Assembly: GCA_963422375.2 (NCBI GenBank) | Contig: OY729428.2 | Span: 1,472,001-1,536,000 of the forward strand | Reading direction: 5' to 3' | Source of the DNA: Bryobacterales bacterium | GTDB lineage: Bacteria > Acidobacteriota > Terriglobia > Bryobacterales > UBA6623 | Length of the DNA stretch: 64,000 nucleotides | Part shown: one piece after another, positions 29,332 through 40,605 of the stretch | Layout of the letters: every line of letters begins with the position of its first letter | Numbering within the stretch: position 1 is the first letter of the stretch | Translations under genes and position numbers: made by a program | The notes under the pieces: model-generated | What the model saw: only the letters and a program-made list of their open reading frames with translations | What the model was told of the DNA's origin: nothing | The model's database searches: none

Positions 29332-30960
29332 CTAGCGGCGGGCGGCCCGCTCGCTGCCCGATGGGGGCAGGCTGAAGACGAACAGGCCGCTGCCGGCGGC
29401 CACGGCGACCATCTGCCGTTCGCCGGCCGCATAGGCCATGGGGCTCGCCTGCACCGCCGCGCCGAGGTTGATGCGCCAGAGCTCGTCCCCCGATTCGGCG
29501 TCGAGCGCCTTGAAGAATCCGTCGGAGGTGCCCGCGAACACCAGGCCGCCTGCCGTGGAGACCAGTCCGGCCCAAGCCGGCTGGAACAGTCGGTGCTCCC
29601 AGCGCAGTTCCGCGGTCACCGGGTCGAACGCCCGCACCGCGCCGTACCAGTTGTCCATGGTGGCCTCGTTGACGAACATGCTGCCCCAGTAGCGCGTGCC
29701 GGGCCGGTACTCCGTATCGCCTTTGTAGTAGGTGCTGCTGCCCTCGCGGCACGACACGTACAGCATTCCGGTGTCCGGGCTGTAGGACGGCGACATCCAG
29801 TTCGTTCCTCCGGCCACGGTGGGAAAGACCTCGACCCCCTCCGGGCTGGGCTCCATGCCTGGCCGCCGAATCGGGCGGCCTTCCTCCGAGATCCCGACCG
29901 CCCAAGTCTGCTGCACGAACTGGGTGGCCCTGAGGAATTCCCCGGTCTCCCGGTCCAGCATGTAGATGAAGCCGTTCCGGTTCGCCGTCACTAGGATCTT
30001 GCGCATCTGTCCCCGGTATTCCTTGTCGAGCAGCACCATCACCTGCGTCGCGTCCCAGTCGTGGACGTCGTGGGGAGTGAACTGGAAGTGCCACCTGCGC
30101 TTGCCGGTGTCTGCGTCCAGCGCTACCACCGAGTCGGAGAAGAGGTTGTCGCCGAGGCGCACGTCGCCGTTCCAGTCGGGGCCGGGGTTGCCGATGCCCC
30201 AGTAGACGAGGTTCAGTTCCGGGTCGTAGCTCGGCGTGATCCAGACCGACGCCCCGCCGGTTTTCCACGAGTCGTCCGCCCAGGTGTCGTGGCCAAACTC
30301 GCCGGGACCGGGAATGGTGTAGAACCGCCAGCGCCGCTCGCCGGTCTCGATCTCGAATGCGTCGATGAATCCCCGGATGCCGTATTCGCCGCCGGCGGTC
30401 CCGACCATCACCAGGTCCTTGACCACGAGCGGCGCATGCGTGCCCGAGTAGCCGAGCGTGTAATCGATCAGCTCGGTCTCCCACAGGAGTCGACCCGTCT
30501 TGCGGTCGAGCGCGATCGTGTAGGCGTCGAGTGTGGCCATGAAGAGCCGGTCGCCGAGGATCGCGAGCCCGCGGTTGACGAGGCCGCAGCAGGCTATCAG
30601 CCGTTCGGGCAGGTCGCGCGAATAGCGCCACAGGCGCGCGCCCGTCTCGGCGTCCAAGGCGTAGACGTCGCCGGGCGGCACCGTGATGTACATGATGCCG
30701 TCATGCACCAGAGGGGTGACCTCGAACTTCTCGCTGATCCTCTCCTGAAAGACCCAGTCAAGTCGCAGGGAGGCCACGTTCGTGCGGTCGATTTCGTCCA
30801 GCAGGCTATGGCGGTGACCGGCGTAGCCGCCGTGGTAGTTCAGCCAGTCCGCGGCTACCTGGTCGTCCCGGAGGAGGTCTCCAGACGTCACTTCCGCGGC
30901 AGGGAGCCAGGCGCACAGGAGCGTGCCCGCCAGCAGAAGACGGGCTGGATGGCGAATCAA
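29332..30960 (-). CDS. PQQ-dependent dehydrogenase (methanol/ethanol family), exported
   Basis: Signal peptide; vicinal CC in ACCGLVNRG; GGEYG, GNPGP, HDVHDWD and GGTNW motifs; Trp-docking repeats. Confidence 0.93.
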   Translation of the reverse strand: MIRHPARLLLAGTLLCAWLPAAEVTSGDLLRDDQVAADWLNYHGGYAGHRHSLLDEIDRTNVASLRLDWVFQERISEKFEVTPLVHDGIMYITVPPGDVYALDAETGARLWRYSRDLPERLIACCGLVNRGLAILGDRLFMATLDAYTIALDRKTGRLLWETELIDYTLGYSGTHAPLVVKDLVMVGTAGGEYGIRGFIDAFEIETGERRWRFYTIPGPGEFGHDTWADDSWKTGGASVWITPSYDPELNLVYWGIGNPGPDWNGDVRLGDNLFSDSVVALDADTGKRRWHFQFTPHDVHDWDATQVMVLLDKEYRGQMRKILVTANRNGFIYMLDRETGEFLRATQFVQQTWAVGISEEGRPIRRPGMEPSPEGVEVFPTVAGGTNWMSPSYSPDTGMLYVSCREGSSTYYKGDTEYRPGTRYWGSMFVNEATMDNWYGAVRAFDPVTAELRWEHRLFQPAWAGLVSTAGGLVFAGTSDGFFKALDAESGDELWRINLGAAVQASPMAYAAGERQMVAVAAGSGLFVFSLPPSGSERAARR

Positions 30961-31754
30961 GGGCTGCTCTCCTTGTCCCTGCCCCGCAGCGTGCAGAGGT
31001 AAGCGATCAGTTGGTCGACTTCGCTCGGGCTCAGCAGGTTCCCGTATGCCGGCATCAGGGATTCCTCCGGGAATTCGAGTGATCGTAGGTCGGCCTTGCG
31101 GAAGGAGCGGATTTCTTCCGCTCGGTCCATGACGAAGACATGGTACGCCGTCTCGTTCAAGCGCGTGCCTTCGACACGCTCTCCCGCGGAGGTGACGGCG
31201 CGCACCGCGCGGTAGCGGTCGGGAATCGACCCTGCCGGCGCGAGCAGGGCCTCGCGCAGCTGCTCCCGCGAGTAGGACAGGCCGGCGTACGTCAAATCAG
31301 GCCCCAGCCGGCCGCCCTGCTTCCCGACGGTGTGGCAGGCGAGGCAGGATCCGCGCTCGTGGAAGATCCGCCGGCCCGCTTCTGCGGCGCCCGCCTCCGC
31401 GCTGCACGCGTCCTGCTGCGCGCGCTCGGCAAAGGTGCGCACGAACAGCAGGATCTTCCAGATGTCTTCCTCCCCCATCCAGAGCCCCGGCATGTCCGTT
31501 CCCGGAACGCCGCCCTCGATCAGGTCGAAGAGCTCCGCGTCGGAGTTGCCGCGGCGGTAGCTCGGTCGGGCGAGCCGCGCCCCGCGTCCGGTCTTGCCCT
31601 CCATTCCGTGGCACACTCCGCAATGGATGCGGTAGAGGCGCTTGCCTTCGGCGAACTCCTCCGCCGAGCTCATGGGATTCGTCTCGTGCGTGCGCGTCGC
31701 CGACAGCGTGAGCGGAATGGCGAACAGCGCGATCAAGGGCCGCAAGTAGCGCAT
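30957..31754 (-). CDS. Diheme c-type cytochrome
   Basis: Two CxxCH motifs (CGVCH, CLACH), GTDMP, GPDLT and SLMP; 4-nt overlap with the PQQ dehydrogenase gene. Confidence 0.9.
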   Translation of the reverse strand: MRYLRPLIALFAIPLTLSATRTHETNPMSSAEEFAEGKRLYRIHCGVCHGMEGKTGRGARLARPSYRRGNSDAELFDLIEGGVPGTDMPGLWMGEEDIWKILLFVRTFAERAQQDACSAEAGAAEAGRRIFHERGSCLACHTVGKQGGRLGPDLTYAGLSYSREQLREALLAPAGSIPDRYRAVRAVTSAGERVEGTRLNETAYHVFVMDRAEEIRSFRKADLRSLEFPEESLMPAYGNLLSPSEVDQLIAYLCTLRGRDKESSP

Positions 31755-31837
31755 GGCGAGGGCCAAACAAGCCTATCAGACCCGGGTGATCGGCCCCTCG
31801 CGCCCCGGGGCTGCCGCGGCCGCGCCTTTCGATGCCG

Positions 31838-32785
31838 CTAGCCGAACGCCTCCCGCAGCACTTGGTAGCTGTCGGCCACGGCCTGCTCGGCCGGGGCATT
31901 GCCCTCCATCTCGAGCGAGACGTAGCCTTGAAAGCCCGCATCCCGCACGATGCCCGCGATGCGCGCGTAGTCGAGGTCGAGCGTGTACCATACCCCTCCG
32001 CCGGGATAGGTCTTCGCTTGGATGATCGTGGCGTGCGGGGCCAGCTGCTCGATCTGCGGGTACGGATCGCCGACGTAGTTGCCGGTATCCATGTTGATCC
32101 CCAGCCAAGGGTCGCCGACCTCCCGGTGGATGCGCAGCAGCACGTCCACCTTGGTCGACAGGCCCCAATGGTTCTCAAGAGCCATCACCACGCCCGCTCG
32201 GGCGGCGTGCGGCAGGCACGCGCTGATCGAGTCGACGCACCAGCCGATCGCGTCCTCGCCGGTGTAGCCCTCTAGCGTCGGCTCCTCGCCGTTCGCGGCC
32301 ATCAGGTCGTCGAAGGAGCGGATCGTGCCCCAGCGGCCCGTGTTGAGCCGGATAGCGGGAATCCCCATGGCATGCGCCAGGTCGATGCAGCGCTTGGTGT
32401 GGTCGATGGCTTCCTGGCGCTTGGCTTGGCTGGGATCGACAAAGTCCTGGTGGATCGACAGCATGATCAGATCCAAGCCCGCCTCCCACGCGCGGCGCTT
32501 GAGCCCGTTCATGTACGCTGCGGACTCGTCCTGCATCTGGCGGTGCAGGATCTCCACCCCGTCGAAGCCGACCACTGCGGCGTGGTCGATGACCTTCTCG
32601 ATCGGATACTTCCTTTCCGTGAAGTGCCAGTAGGAGTAGGTCGAAACGCCGAGACGGATGCGCTTGCCCGTCGCTGCGGCGGCCGCGGGCGGAGCCGGCG
32701 CGCTGCAGCTCGCGCCCGCCGCCGCGACGGCGCCCGCTTGCAGCAGGCGCCGCCTGGTTGGATGCCTCGGTTCCATCGCCTTCAT
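31838..32785 (-). CDS. Sugar phosphate isomerase/epimerase (TIM barrel), Tat-exported; alternative start at 32776
   Basis: TRRRLL signal; [20 protein letters not shown] and SLEMEG motifs. Confidence 0.9.
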   Translation of the reverse strand: MKAMEPRHPTRRRLLQAGAVAAAGASCSAPAPPAAAAATGKRIRLGVSTYSYWHFTERKYPIEKVIDHAAVVGFDGVEILHRQMQDESAAYMNGLKRRAWEAGLDLIMLSIHQDFVDPSQAKRQEAIDHTKRCIDLAHAMGIPAIRLNTGRWGTIRSFDDLMAANGEEPTLEGYTGEDAIGWCVDSISACLPHAARAGVVMALENHWGLSTKVDVLLRIHREVGDPWLGINMDTGNYVGDPYPQIEQLAPHATIIQAKTYPGGGVWYTLDLDYARIAGIVRDAGFQGYVSLEMEGNAPAEQAVADSYQVLREAFG

Positions 32786-32816
32786 CCTACACCGTGCCCT
32801 CCGGGCGCGTCTGGGA

Positions 32817-34007
32817 TCAGGCTGCGATCAACGCGTGCGGGTCGATGACGTACTTGCGCGCCGCGCCCTTGTCGAAGTCCCGGTAGCCCTGCGGCGCATC
32901 GTCCAGGGAGATGCAGGTCGCGTTGCAGGCCTTGGCCGGAGTGGCCTTGCCGTACAGGATGGCCTGCATAAGCTGCCGGTGGTAGGTCATGACCGGGCAC
33001 TGCCCGGTCATGAAGTGGTGCGACTTCGCCCAGCCGAGACCGATCCGGATCCCGAGGTTGCCGACCTTGGCATTCTCGTCCACGCCCCCCGGATCACCCG
33101 TCACGTAGAGCCCCGGGATGCCGACGCCGCCGCCCGCCCGCGTCACCTCCATTAGGGCGTTCAGCACGGTCGCCGGGCGCTCGACCACTGCGTCCCTGCC
33201 GTGCCCCCTGGCCTCGAAGCCCACGCAGTCGACGCCGCAGTCCACTTCGGGCTCCCCGACGATCTGCTCGATCTGCTCGCCGAGGGTGGCGTCCTGCGTC
33301 AGGTCCACCGTCTCGCAGCCGAAGCTCCTTGCTTGCTCGAGCCTCTCGGAGATCATGTCGCCGACGATGACGCAAGCCGCCCCGAGCAGCTGGCAGCCGT
33401 GAGCGCACGCGAGGCCGACGGGGCCGGCTCCGGCCACGTACGCGATCGAGCCCGGGCCCACGCCCGCGGTAACGGCCCCGTGGAAGCCGGTCGGGAAGAT
33501 GTCGGACAGCAGCGTCAGGTCCTGGATCATTTCAAGGGCACGGTCCTTGTCAGGGAACTTCAGCAGGTTGAAGTCCGCGTACGGCACCATCACGTACTCG
33601 GCCTGGCCGCCTACCCAGCCTCCCATGTCGACGTATCCGTAGGCCGCGCCGGGCCGCGCCGGGTTCACTTCGAGGCAGACGCCTGTCTTGCGTTCCTTGC
33701 AGTTGCGGCAGCGACCGCAGGCGATGTTGAAGGGGACCGATACGAGATCGCCCACGCTCAGGAATTCCACGTCACGGCCCGCTTCGATTACCTCGCCCGT
33801 GATCTCGTGGCCCAGGATGAGGCCCTCGGGAGCCGTGGTCCGGCCGCGGACCATGTGCTGGTCGCTCCCGCAGATATTCGTGGAAACGACCTTGAGGATG
33901 ACGCCGTGGTCGCATTTCCTGTTGCCAAGCGCGAGTTCGGGAAAGTCGATGGATTGCACCTCGACAACGCCGGGGCGAATGTAGGCCACCCCGCGATTTG
34001 ATGCCAT
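32817..34007 (-). CDS. fdhA: Glutathione-independent formaldehyde dehydrogenase
   Basis: [48 protein letters not shown] and PGLYVT motifs. Confidence 0.95.
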   Translation of the reverse strand: MASNRGVAYIRPGVVEVQSIDFPELALGNRKCDHGVILKVVSTNICGSDQHMVRGRTTAPEGLILGHEITGEVIEAGRDVEFLSVGDLVSVPFNIACGRCRNCKERKTGVCLEVNPARPGAAYGYVDMGGWVGGQAEYVMVPYADFNLLKFPDKDRALEMIQDLTLLSDIFPTGFHGAVTAGVGPGSIAYVAGAGPVGLACAHGCQLLGAACVIVGDMISERLEQARSFGCETVDLTQDATLGEQIEQIVGEPEVDCGVDCVGFEARGHGRDAVVERPATVLNALMEVTRAGGGVGIPGLYVTGDPGGVDENAKVGNLGIRIGLGWAKSHHFMTGQCPVMTYHRQLMQAILYGKATPAKACNATCISLDDAPQGYRDFDKGAARKYVIDPHALIAA

Positions 34008-34204
34008 GTTGTTGTTCCTCCAGTCCTCGGCGCGACGGAACCGGCCGCGACCGGGCCCGTCCGCAGAGCGTCCCATAGCATACAACCCCGCACGGGGCCT
34101 GCAACCGACTGCGACCGGTCCACGCCGGCTTGCGTCGGCGAGGACGCGCCGTTCGGAGGCGCGGGCAGCGCTTCCGAAGCGAGGGCCTCTGGTAGGATGG
34201 GCCG

Positions 34205-35092
34205 GTGTCGCTCCCTGCCAACAAGGTCTCGACGGCGGATTTCGTCGCTGCTGCCCGGGCTTGGCAGACGATGCAGGGATCCTCGGTCTTCGTGGATCCT
34301 TACGCTCGGGATTTATGCGGCCCGTTCCTCGGGCTGGCGCTCAGGTTCCGGCCGTTCAAGTGGCTGCTGTTCGAGTTCGCGCTACGCGGGCTGGTGCCTC
34401 TGAGCTTGTCCGTGCTGGTCCGGGCGCGTCACACCGAGGACGCCTTGGAGCGAGCGGTCGACGCGGGCATTCGGCAGTACGTCATCATCGGCGCCGGGAT
34501 GGATTCCTTCGCGTTTCGCAGACCTGACCTGACCGCGCGCGTCATTTCCTTCGAAATCGACCACCCCGTTACGCAGCGCAGGAAGCTGAAGCGCATCAAG
34601 CGCGCTCGGCTGACCGTTCCGCCCCGCCACCACTTTGTGGAGGCCGATCTCACGCAGGTTTCGCCAGTCGAAGCGCTCGGGCGTTCGCCCTTCGACCCCT
34701 CGGAGCCGGCATTGATGTCGCTACTCGGTGTCTCCTATTACCTTGCGCCGGAAGATCTGCTGGACACCCTACGATCCATCGCCGCCGGAACACCGTGCGG
34801 CACGCGCATTATATTTGACTATCTTCTCGACAGGCGATCGACGGGCAGCGCTTCGAGCAAGGTTAGAGACAGGCTGCTGAACTTTGTCCGCAGGCTCGGC
34901 GAGCCTATACGCGGCGCGTACTCGCTGGAAGACTTGGACGAGCTCATGGTCGAGGCGCGCTTCAGGAAGGTAGAGAACTTCAAGATGGCGGATTTGACTC
35001 GCTCCTATTTCGGGCGATTCGGCCCGCTGCCGTTCGAGATCCCGGACGTCTTCGGGCTCTGCAACTACGAGGTGGTGGCAGCGTCCGACTGA
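34205..35092 (+). CDS. SAM-dependent methyltransferase (leucine carboxyl methyltransferase-like family)
   Basis: DPYA, QYVIIGAGMDSFAFR, FEIDHP and LGVSYYL motifs. Confidence 0.9.
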   Translation: MSLPANKVSTADFVAAARAWQTMQGSSVFVDPYARDLCGPFLGLALRFRPFKWLLFEFALRGLVPLSLSVLVRARHTEDALERAVDAGIRQYVIIGAGMDSFAFRRPDLTARVISFEIDHPVTQRRKLKRIKRARLTVPPRHHFVEADLTQVSPVEALGRSPFDPSEPALMSLLGVSYYLAPEDLLDTLRSIAAGTPCGTRIIFDYLLDRRSTGSASSKVRDRLLNFVRRLGEPIRGAYSLEDLDELMVEARFRKVENFKMADLTRSYFGRFGPLPFEIPDVFGLCNYEVVAASD

Positions 35093-35218
35093 CGCCGGGC
35101 GCCGCTTGGCGTGCCGCCCCGAGATCCCCGCGTCGGGTTAGGACGCGCGGGCACCCCGTATCGGCGTGCCGTGGCCCGGTGTCGCTCTGCGATGGGGGGT
35201 GCCGTGATACTGGCGGCG

Positions 35219-37642
35219 CTAGAAGAGCCGCACCATGTAGGTGAATCGAACGCCGCGACCGATCTCCGGGGCTAGGTCCTTGATGAAGGAAGAGTGGTTG
35301 CGATACAGGCGGTCGCCGACGTTGAAGACGTTGACCGAGAACTGATGCACGAGATGCCGCTGCGTATAGACATACGTGGCTTGCAGGTCCATTACCGCGT
35401 ACTCGGGTGTCGACGTCTCTCCGGTGAAAGTCCGATTCTGCTCGCTCGCGAGGATCAGGCTAGGAGAGATCTTGAGCCCTCCCCTGCGGAACTCGAGTCC
35501 AATCTTGCCGCGGAGAGGCGGAATTCTCGGTAGATAGGTCCCCGAATTCGTGTCCTTGGCGTCGACAAAGTCCATCCCCAGTCTGAGCCATAGCGACCTT
35601 TGCAAGCCAACGTCTAGATTCGCCTCCATGCCTGTGAATCGCACGTTGCGCTGCGTGTATTCGATTTCGATGAGCTCGTCCATTTCCTCGCCTGTGGCGA
35701 ATGGGAAAATGAAGTTTCCAAAGCCATAGTAGAAGAAGTTGAACTCTCCCCGGATGCGTTCTTGCGAGTGCCGCGCTGAAATGTCGAAGCCGTTTCCGGA
35801 CTCCGCTTGCATCTGAGGGTTGCCGATCTCGAATGCGCGGTTCCCCGCGTGCGGGCCGAAATTGTAGAGCTCCTCCAACGAGGGGGCCCGGTAGCTGTGC
35901 GCGAAGTTCGCGACGAATACACCGCCGTCCCAAGTCTCGGCGTGGAAGCCCGCAGCCAGTGACGCGCCGGCGAAGGACCGGCTCACCGCGTCCGGCGGCT
36001 CCCCGTGGGAGTCGTGCTGATCGTCGCCATCCGGCTCGCCTTCGTCACCCGGGTGGTCTTCCTCGTCTTCGTGGTCCTCTCGCTCGGAGAAGGCCGGACG
36101 GTAGCTGCGAGTTTCGATACGGCCTCCGAACTGCAGCTTGAAGCGCTCGAAGTCGACTTCCTCCAGTCCGAACAAGGCCATGCCGGAGCTACTGACAGGC
36201 GGGCTTAGGGCCTCCTCGCCCTCGGCGGCGTAGTCGCGGTCGATCCCCCAGAATCCGAACCTTCCGCTGAGCGGCCCGGCGCGCTTCTGCTCGAAGACGC
36301 CGCGATAGACAAACCGGTCGTTCAGGAAGGTCGTGCCAATTTGGGAGGTGCCGTCCTCCAAGTGCTCGATTTCATCGTGGTGCCATTCTACGTGGCTGAG
36401 TTTGAGGAGGAAGCTCTCGATCGGGCCGCCGAGTTCGCGTAAGCCCCAAGTGACGCGGTAGCTGTCTCGGCGGGACTGCAGGGCGACGCGTTCGATCTCT
36501 TCCTCTTCGTGGTGCTCTTGGTCGTCATCGTCCTCGCCCTCGTGCTCGCCCTCTTGCTCGTGCGCCTCCCCTTCACCCTCGTGATGCTCCTCTTCTTCCT
36601 CGTGACCGTGCGCGTGGAATTCTTGGGCGAACGGCACGCCGTACTCGCCCCTTTCCGCCTTCGCTTCCAAAGCTAGGAAGGTCTTGCGGCCGTACCAGCC
36701 GACCCCGCCCCCACCGTTCGCCAGTTCCGTGGCGGAGTTGAAGACCGTTCCGTAGGAGGGCGCTGCGTAATCACCCGTCGAGAGCGCGCCGCCGTTGCCC
36801 CAGAATTGAAACTTCCCGACTCCGTACTCGAATCCGGCATTGCCGCTGCCGAGAGAGTTCGCGGTTCCGCCCGATCCCGACAGAAACCCTCGCAAGCCCT
36901 CGTGCGGGTGCCTGTGATGCTCGTGGTGCCGGTGAATCGCGTTGACGGTGCCCCCCAGTGCGTTCCCGCTGTAGAGGAGGGTAGACGGCCCCTTGACGAC
37001 CTCTAGGCGTTCCATCTGCGCGACGTTCAGCACTTCGCCGTGATCCCCGGACTGGGACCCCAAGCTGCCGGTCCGGATGCCGTCCTCCATGACTAGGACG
37101 CGGTCGCCGTCGAATCCTCGAATGATGGGACGGGAACTGCCCGGGCCGAAGCTCCGCTTCGCGATTCCAGTCCCGACGCGGTGGTCCAAGGCTTCGCCTA
37201 GCGATACCGCGCTGGATTCGTTCAGGTCGTATGCGTCAAAGGACTCTACGTCCTGAAACGCCTCGAGAACCGTCTCGTGAGATTCGGACGCTGTGACGGT
37301 GATCTCGACACTATTGGTCGTCAGTCCGAGCAGGAATTCCAGCGACGACTCCTCTTCTGCCTCGACCCTCACGGTCTTCGCCTCTTGGGTGAATAAGTGG
37401 TCAAGGTGCGCGACGACATGGAACAATCCCGGCGGCAGGCGGGAGAACGAGTAGGATCCATCGTTGTCCGTGACCGCGATACGATCCAGTTCGACGATCA
37501 TCACGCTGGCCCCGTGAATCGGGCTGCCCGTCTCCTTCATGGATACCGTGCCCCGCAGCCTTCCGTGCTCTTCAGCGACAGCCGGCACGGTCAGGACCGC
37601 TACTGACAATAGGAATAGGGTGACGCTTCGCAGGCCTACCAT
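35219..37642 (-). CDS. TonB-dependent receptor with His/acidic-rich loops (ZnuD-like metal transporter)
   Basis: FGPGSSRPIIRG, SGDHG, GPSTLLY, RAPSLEELY and LPRIPP motifs; HEEEEEHHE tracts; C-terminal F. Confidence 0.9.
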   Translation of the reverse strand: MVGLRSVTLFLLSVAVLTVPAVAEEHGRLRGTVSMKETGSPIHGASVMIVELDRIAVTDNDGSYSFSRLPPGLFHVVAHLDHLFTQEAKTVRVEAEEESSLEFLLGLTTNSVEITVTASESHETVLEAFQDVESFDAYDLNESSAVSLGEALDHRVGTGIAKRSFGPGSSRPIIRGFDGDRVLVMEDGIRTGSLGSQSGDHGEVLNVAQMERLEVVKGPSTLLYSGNALGGTVNAIHRHHEHHRHPHEGLRGFLSGSGGTANSLGSGNAGFEYGVGKFQFWGNGGALSTGDYAAPSYGTVFNSATELANGGGGVGWYGRKTFLALEAKAERGEYGVPFAQEFHAHGHEEEEEHHEGEGEAHEQEGEHEGEDDDDQEHHEEEEIERVALQSRRDSYRVTWGLRELGGPIESFLLKLSHVEWHHDEIEHLEDGTSQIGTTFLNDRFVYRGVFEQKRAGPLSGRFGFWGIDRDYAAEGEEALSPPVSSSGMALFGLEEVDFERFKLQFGGRIETRSYRPAFSEREDHEDEEDHPGDEGEPDGDDQHDSHGEPPDAVSRSFAGASLAAGFHAETWDGGVFVANFAHSYRAPSLEELYNFGPHAGNRAFEIGNPQMQAESGNGFDISARHSQERIRGEFNFFYYGFGNFIFPFATGEEMDELIEIEYTQRNVRFTGMEANLDVGLQRSLWLRLGMDFVDAKDTNSGTYLPRIPPLRGKIGLEFRRGGLKISPSLILASEQNRTFTGETSTPEYAVMDLQATYVYTQRHLVHQFSVNVFNVGDRLYRNHSSFIKDLAPEIGRGVRFTYMVRLF

Positions 37643-38189
37643 TGAAGTCATTCTGCACGGGGCGAGACCGGAGCGCATGGCGAACCTCGTGCGCGGGCTG
37701 GATTGTCCTGCGAACGGGGCATTCCTGGCAACGGACGGGCCTGTCTAGGCGGCGGTTTCCCTTGCCGACCGGTTCCACGTCGACTGCGGGCCGCGCGATT
37801 CGGAGCGTTCGCCAGCCCGCCGGACTGGAGGCCGCCCTGATATGCGACGCCGAGGTGCCGTTGCATTCCGGAAGCCTGCACGCTGGCCTCGGTGCGGAGC
37901 ACCCCGGATTCCAGGCGCTCCCGCCGCTGGCAGCCCGTCCGGATTCCTAGCCGGACGGTCCTGTGTTGCAGCGTCGAGTCGGGGCGCGAACGACCGCCGC
38001 CCGTTCATTGCGCGTGGGGCGCGATTGCACTAGTGTCACACGCGACGGAATCCGGGCTGATAGACCCTCTCCAACTACAGATCAATCCGTTGATATCGTA
38101 ACATTTCTAAGGACATATTTTGTCGGTATATAGGGGGATATGTCACCCGATTTATTTCGATCAATTTGGCGAGAAACTGAATTCCCCTA

Positions 38190-39204
38190 CCTGATTACCC
38201 ACAAGACTCAGCCAAGGTTAGGAGGGGGTAAGGCCTGGGCGGGGTGCGCACGGAGGCGTGGAGCAGGCGGGGGACCAGCGCCTCCGGATCGTAGCGGCGG
38301 TTGAAGCGGTAGCGGAACTCGGCGAGGTAGCGCGGCAGGTGCTTGCCGTCGAGCGCATGGCAGGCTCCCGCCAGGGACTGCTTGACGTTCGCCAGCATCG
38401 TGTTGACCCGGACGAAGCGGGAATCCGCGCAGCTCCGCTGCCCGCCTGCGGTGACGGTCGGCACGTGCTCGCAGCCGGCGTCGGCCACGCCCCGCAAGCA
38501 GGCCGGGCCGTCGGAATGCACCTCCGTGCCGGGCTGCAAGTGCCGCCCGGCCCACGCTGCCAGCGTCTTCTTGCGCAAGCCCGCCACGCTGCTCAGGCGC
38601 ATCCTTGCCGGCTGGCCGGCGGCGCTGACCTGCACGGCGGCGACGAACGGCGTCTTGCCCGCCGCGCCGCGACCGCGCTGGCCGCCGCTCCGCTCCCCGC
38701 CCCGGTAGGCATCGTCCACTTGCACGATGCCGTGCAGCGGCACGCGCTCGTCGCGCTCCTTCATCACTTGCAAGAGCTTGTGCTTCATCTTCCAAGCCGT
38801 GTTCCGGCTGACTCCCAGCTGCCGCGCCAGTTCCAGCGACGAAACGCCGTGCTGGCCCTGCGTCAGCAGGTGGAGCGCCAGGAACCGGACGGTCAGCGGT
38901 AGCTTGGTGGCGGCGAAGATCGTGCCGGCGACGAGGGAGGTCCGGCGGTGGCAGGCATGGCACTGCCGGAGCTTGCGGGAGCGGATGCGGCAGTGCCGGC
39001 GGGAGCCGCACTCCGGGCAGCGGGCGTTGAAGACGGCCTGCTCGCATGGCCCCTCGCTGCCGTAGCGCTGCAGGAACTTGCCCAGGCTGAGTCCTTTCTG
39101 GCATTGCACGCGATTGCGTTTCAGCTGCTAGCCCCTTTCCTATCAGAGATTTCCGACCTCCTTTAGTATAGCATATCCTCGGCTGAAGCTCGTTGGTAAT
39201 CAGG
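38190..39204 (-). mobile_element. IS1595-family element type B, copy 2 (transposase ORF 38195-39109)
   Basis: TIRs cctgattacc / ggtaatcagg; flanks ttccccta / ttcaccta (7 of 8 match). Confidence 0.92.
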
Positions 39205-40231
39205 TTCACCTATTTCCATAAGACTTGATAATATTACCGGATTTGCGGGCTGATCTCGGGCGTTGGCATCCAACTATGGACCGTGATTGACGAAATGAAC
39301 CGAAGTGCGTTCCGGACCGAAATCTCAGTAATTCGTGCCTGTGATAAAACTCGTATCCCCTTGACAAAAAAGGTGTTAGATCCAATATATCAAGGCGAAT
39401 ATTTCACTGAAATGCTACGACTAGTCCGAAATCCTGCCAATTCTTGGTAGAGCGCGGAAATCTTCGCGATTGGCGGCTGAGCAACTTCCGACCTTGGGCC
39501 CTATATATTGTGTTTGGAGATTCATCCGACATCAGCATGTAGTATGAAATGCTGATCAGGCCAGAATTCAGAAGTTTTGTCACAAGCATTAAGTCCCTGA
39601 TCGGAGATAATGTTTGCCCGATCTAGGTCTCTTCCAGCGCGACGATTTCCCGCCTTGGCGTGGGCCATCAATCGGCCGCGATGGTCGGATCAGCACTGGA
39701 CTGCACCGTCGGCATGCGGGCAAGAATGCCGCGAGCGCTTGCAGCGGTAACGCCGTCGGGTGGAGAGGACGTTGGGAGCCGGGCCGTGATTGATACCGAT
39801 TCCTCGACGTCTCTTGCGAGAGGCTGCGTGGCGTGCCGGCAAACCGGCCATTCCGGCGTCTGGACGCGAGAACGGCAAGATGTCGTTCGTGGCCTTGCGG
39901 GGAGCTCGGGAGCGCCGACTGTGGTGCCACTGCGCTGCACCAGCGCGGGGTCGGGCAGGGGAGAGCGGTTCAGCGTCCCCGGCGTCGAGCGACCAGGCGG
40001 GATATTGTCCGGGAACTGGCCGGGGCCTGCAGCCGAATCAGCCGCGAGCGCCTAGTCTCCCTTCCTCCGCCTGCGAGGGCTCGGGGAGGTTCCGCCAGCG
40101 CCGCGGCCGGATCTGCCTGCGGCCGCATGCAAGGTGTGACCATCGGTTCGTGCGATGCACAGGCGACGCGTCAGGTCGGAGCGCATGTCGCCATGCGGCT
40201 CGGACGGGCGGGCATTCGCCTTCAGCGGGCG

Positions 40232-40307
40232 TGGTGAGCGCGCAGGGACTCGAACCCCGAACCTAGTGATTAAGAGTCACTTGCTCTACCAATTGAGCTA
40301 CGCGCCC
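40232..40307 (-). tRNA. tRNA-Lys (anticodon CTT), CCA encoded
   Basis: GGGCGCGTAGCTCAATTGGTAGAGCAAGTGACTCTTAATCACTAGGTTCGGGGTTCGAGTCCCTGCGCGCTCACCA folds into a canonical cloverleaf. Confidence 0.97.
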
Positions 40308-40605
40308 ACGAGGGGACCGCCCGGACTGCAGCTTGATGCACCGTGACCGGCGATGCACCAGGCTTTGCTCAGGGTAGCACGTCGGGAAGAAGCGCTTCAA
40401 CGCTCGGTGCCAGCTTCGCGGGACGGGAGGGGACTGGTCGTTCGGGGAGTTGCCGTGGCCCCGAAGCTCCTGATCCGATGGCGGTCGCGTGGCAACGGGT
40501 ACCTGCCGCGACCGGGACCCTCGACCTAGTGTCGGAGATCTGGCGCGAGGCTCCGATGCGGATGCTCGCGCCGACGGAACACGCAGGCCCGCATGCGGCG
40601 AAGAA

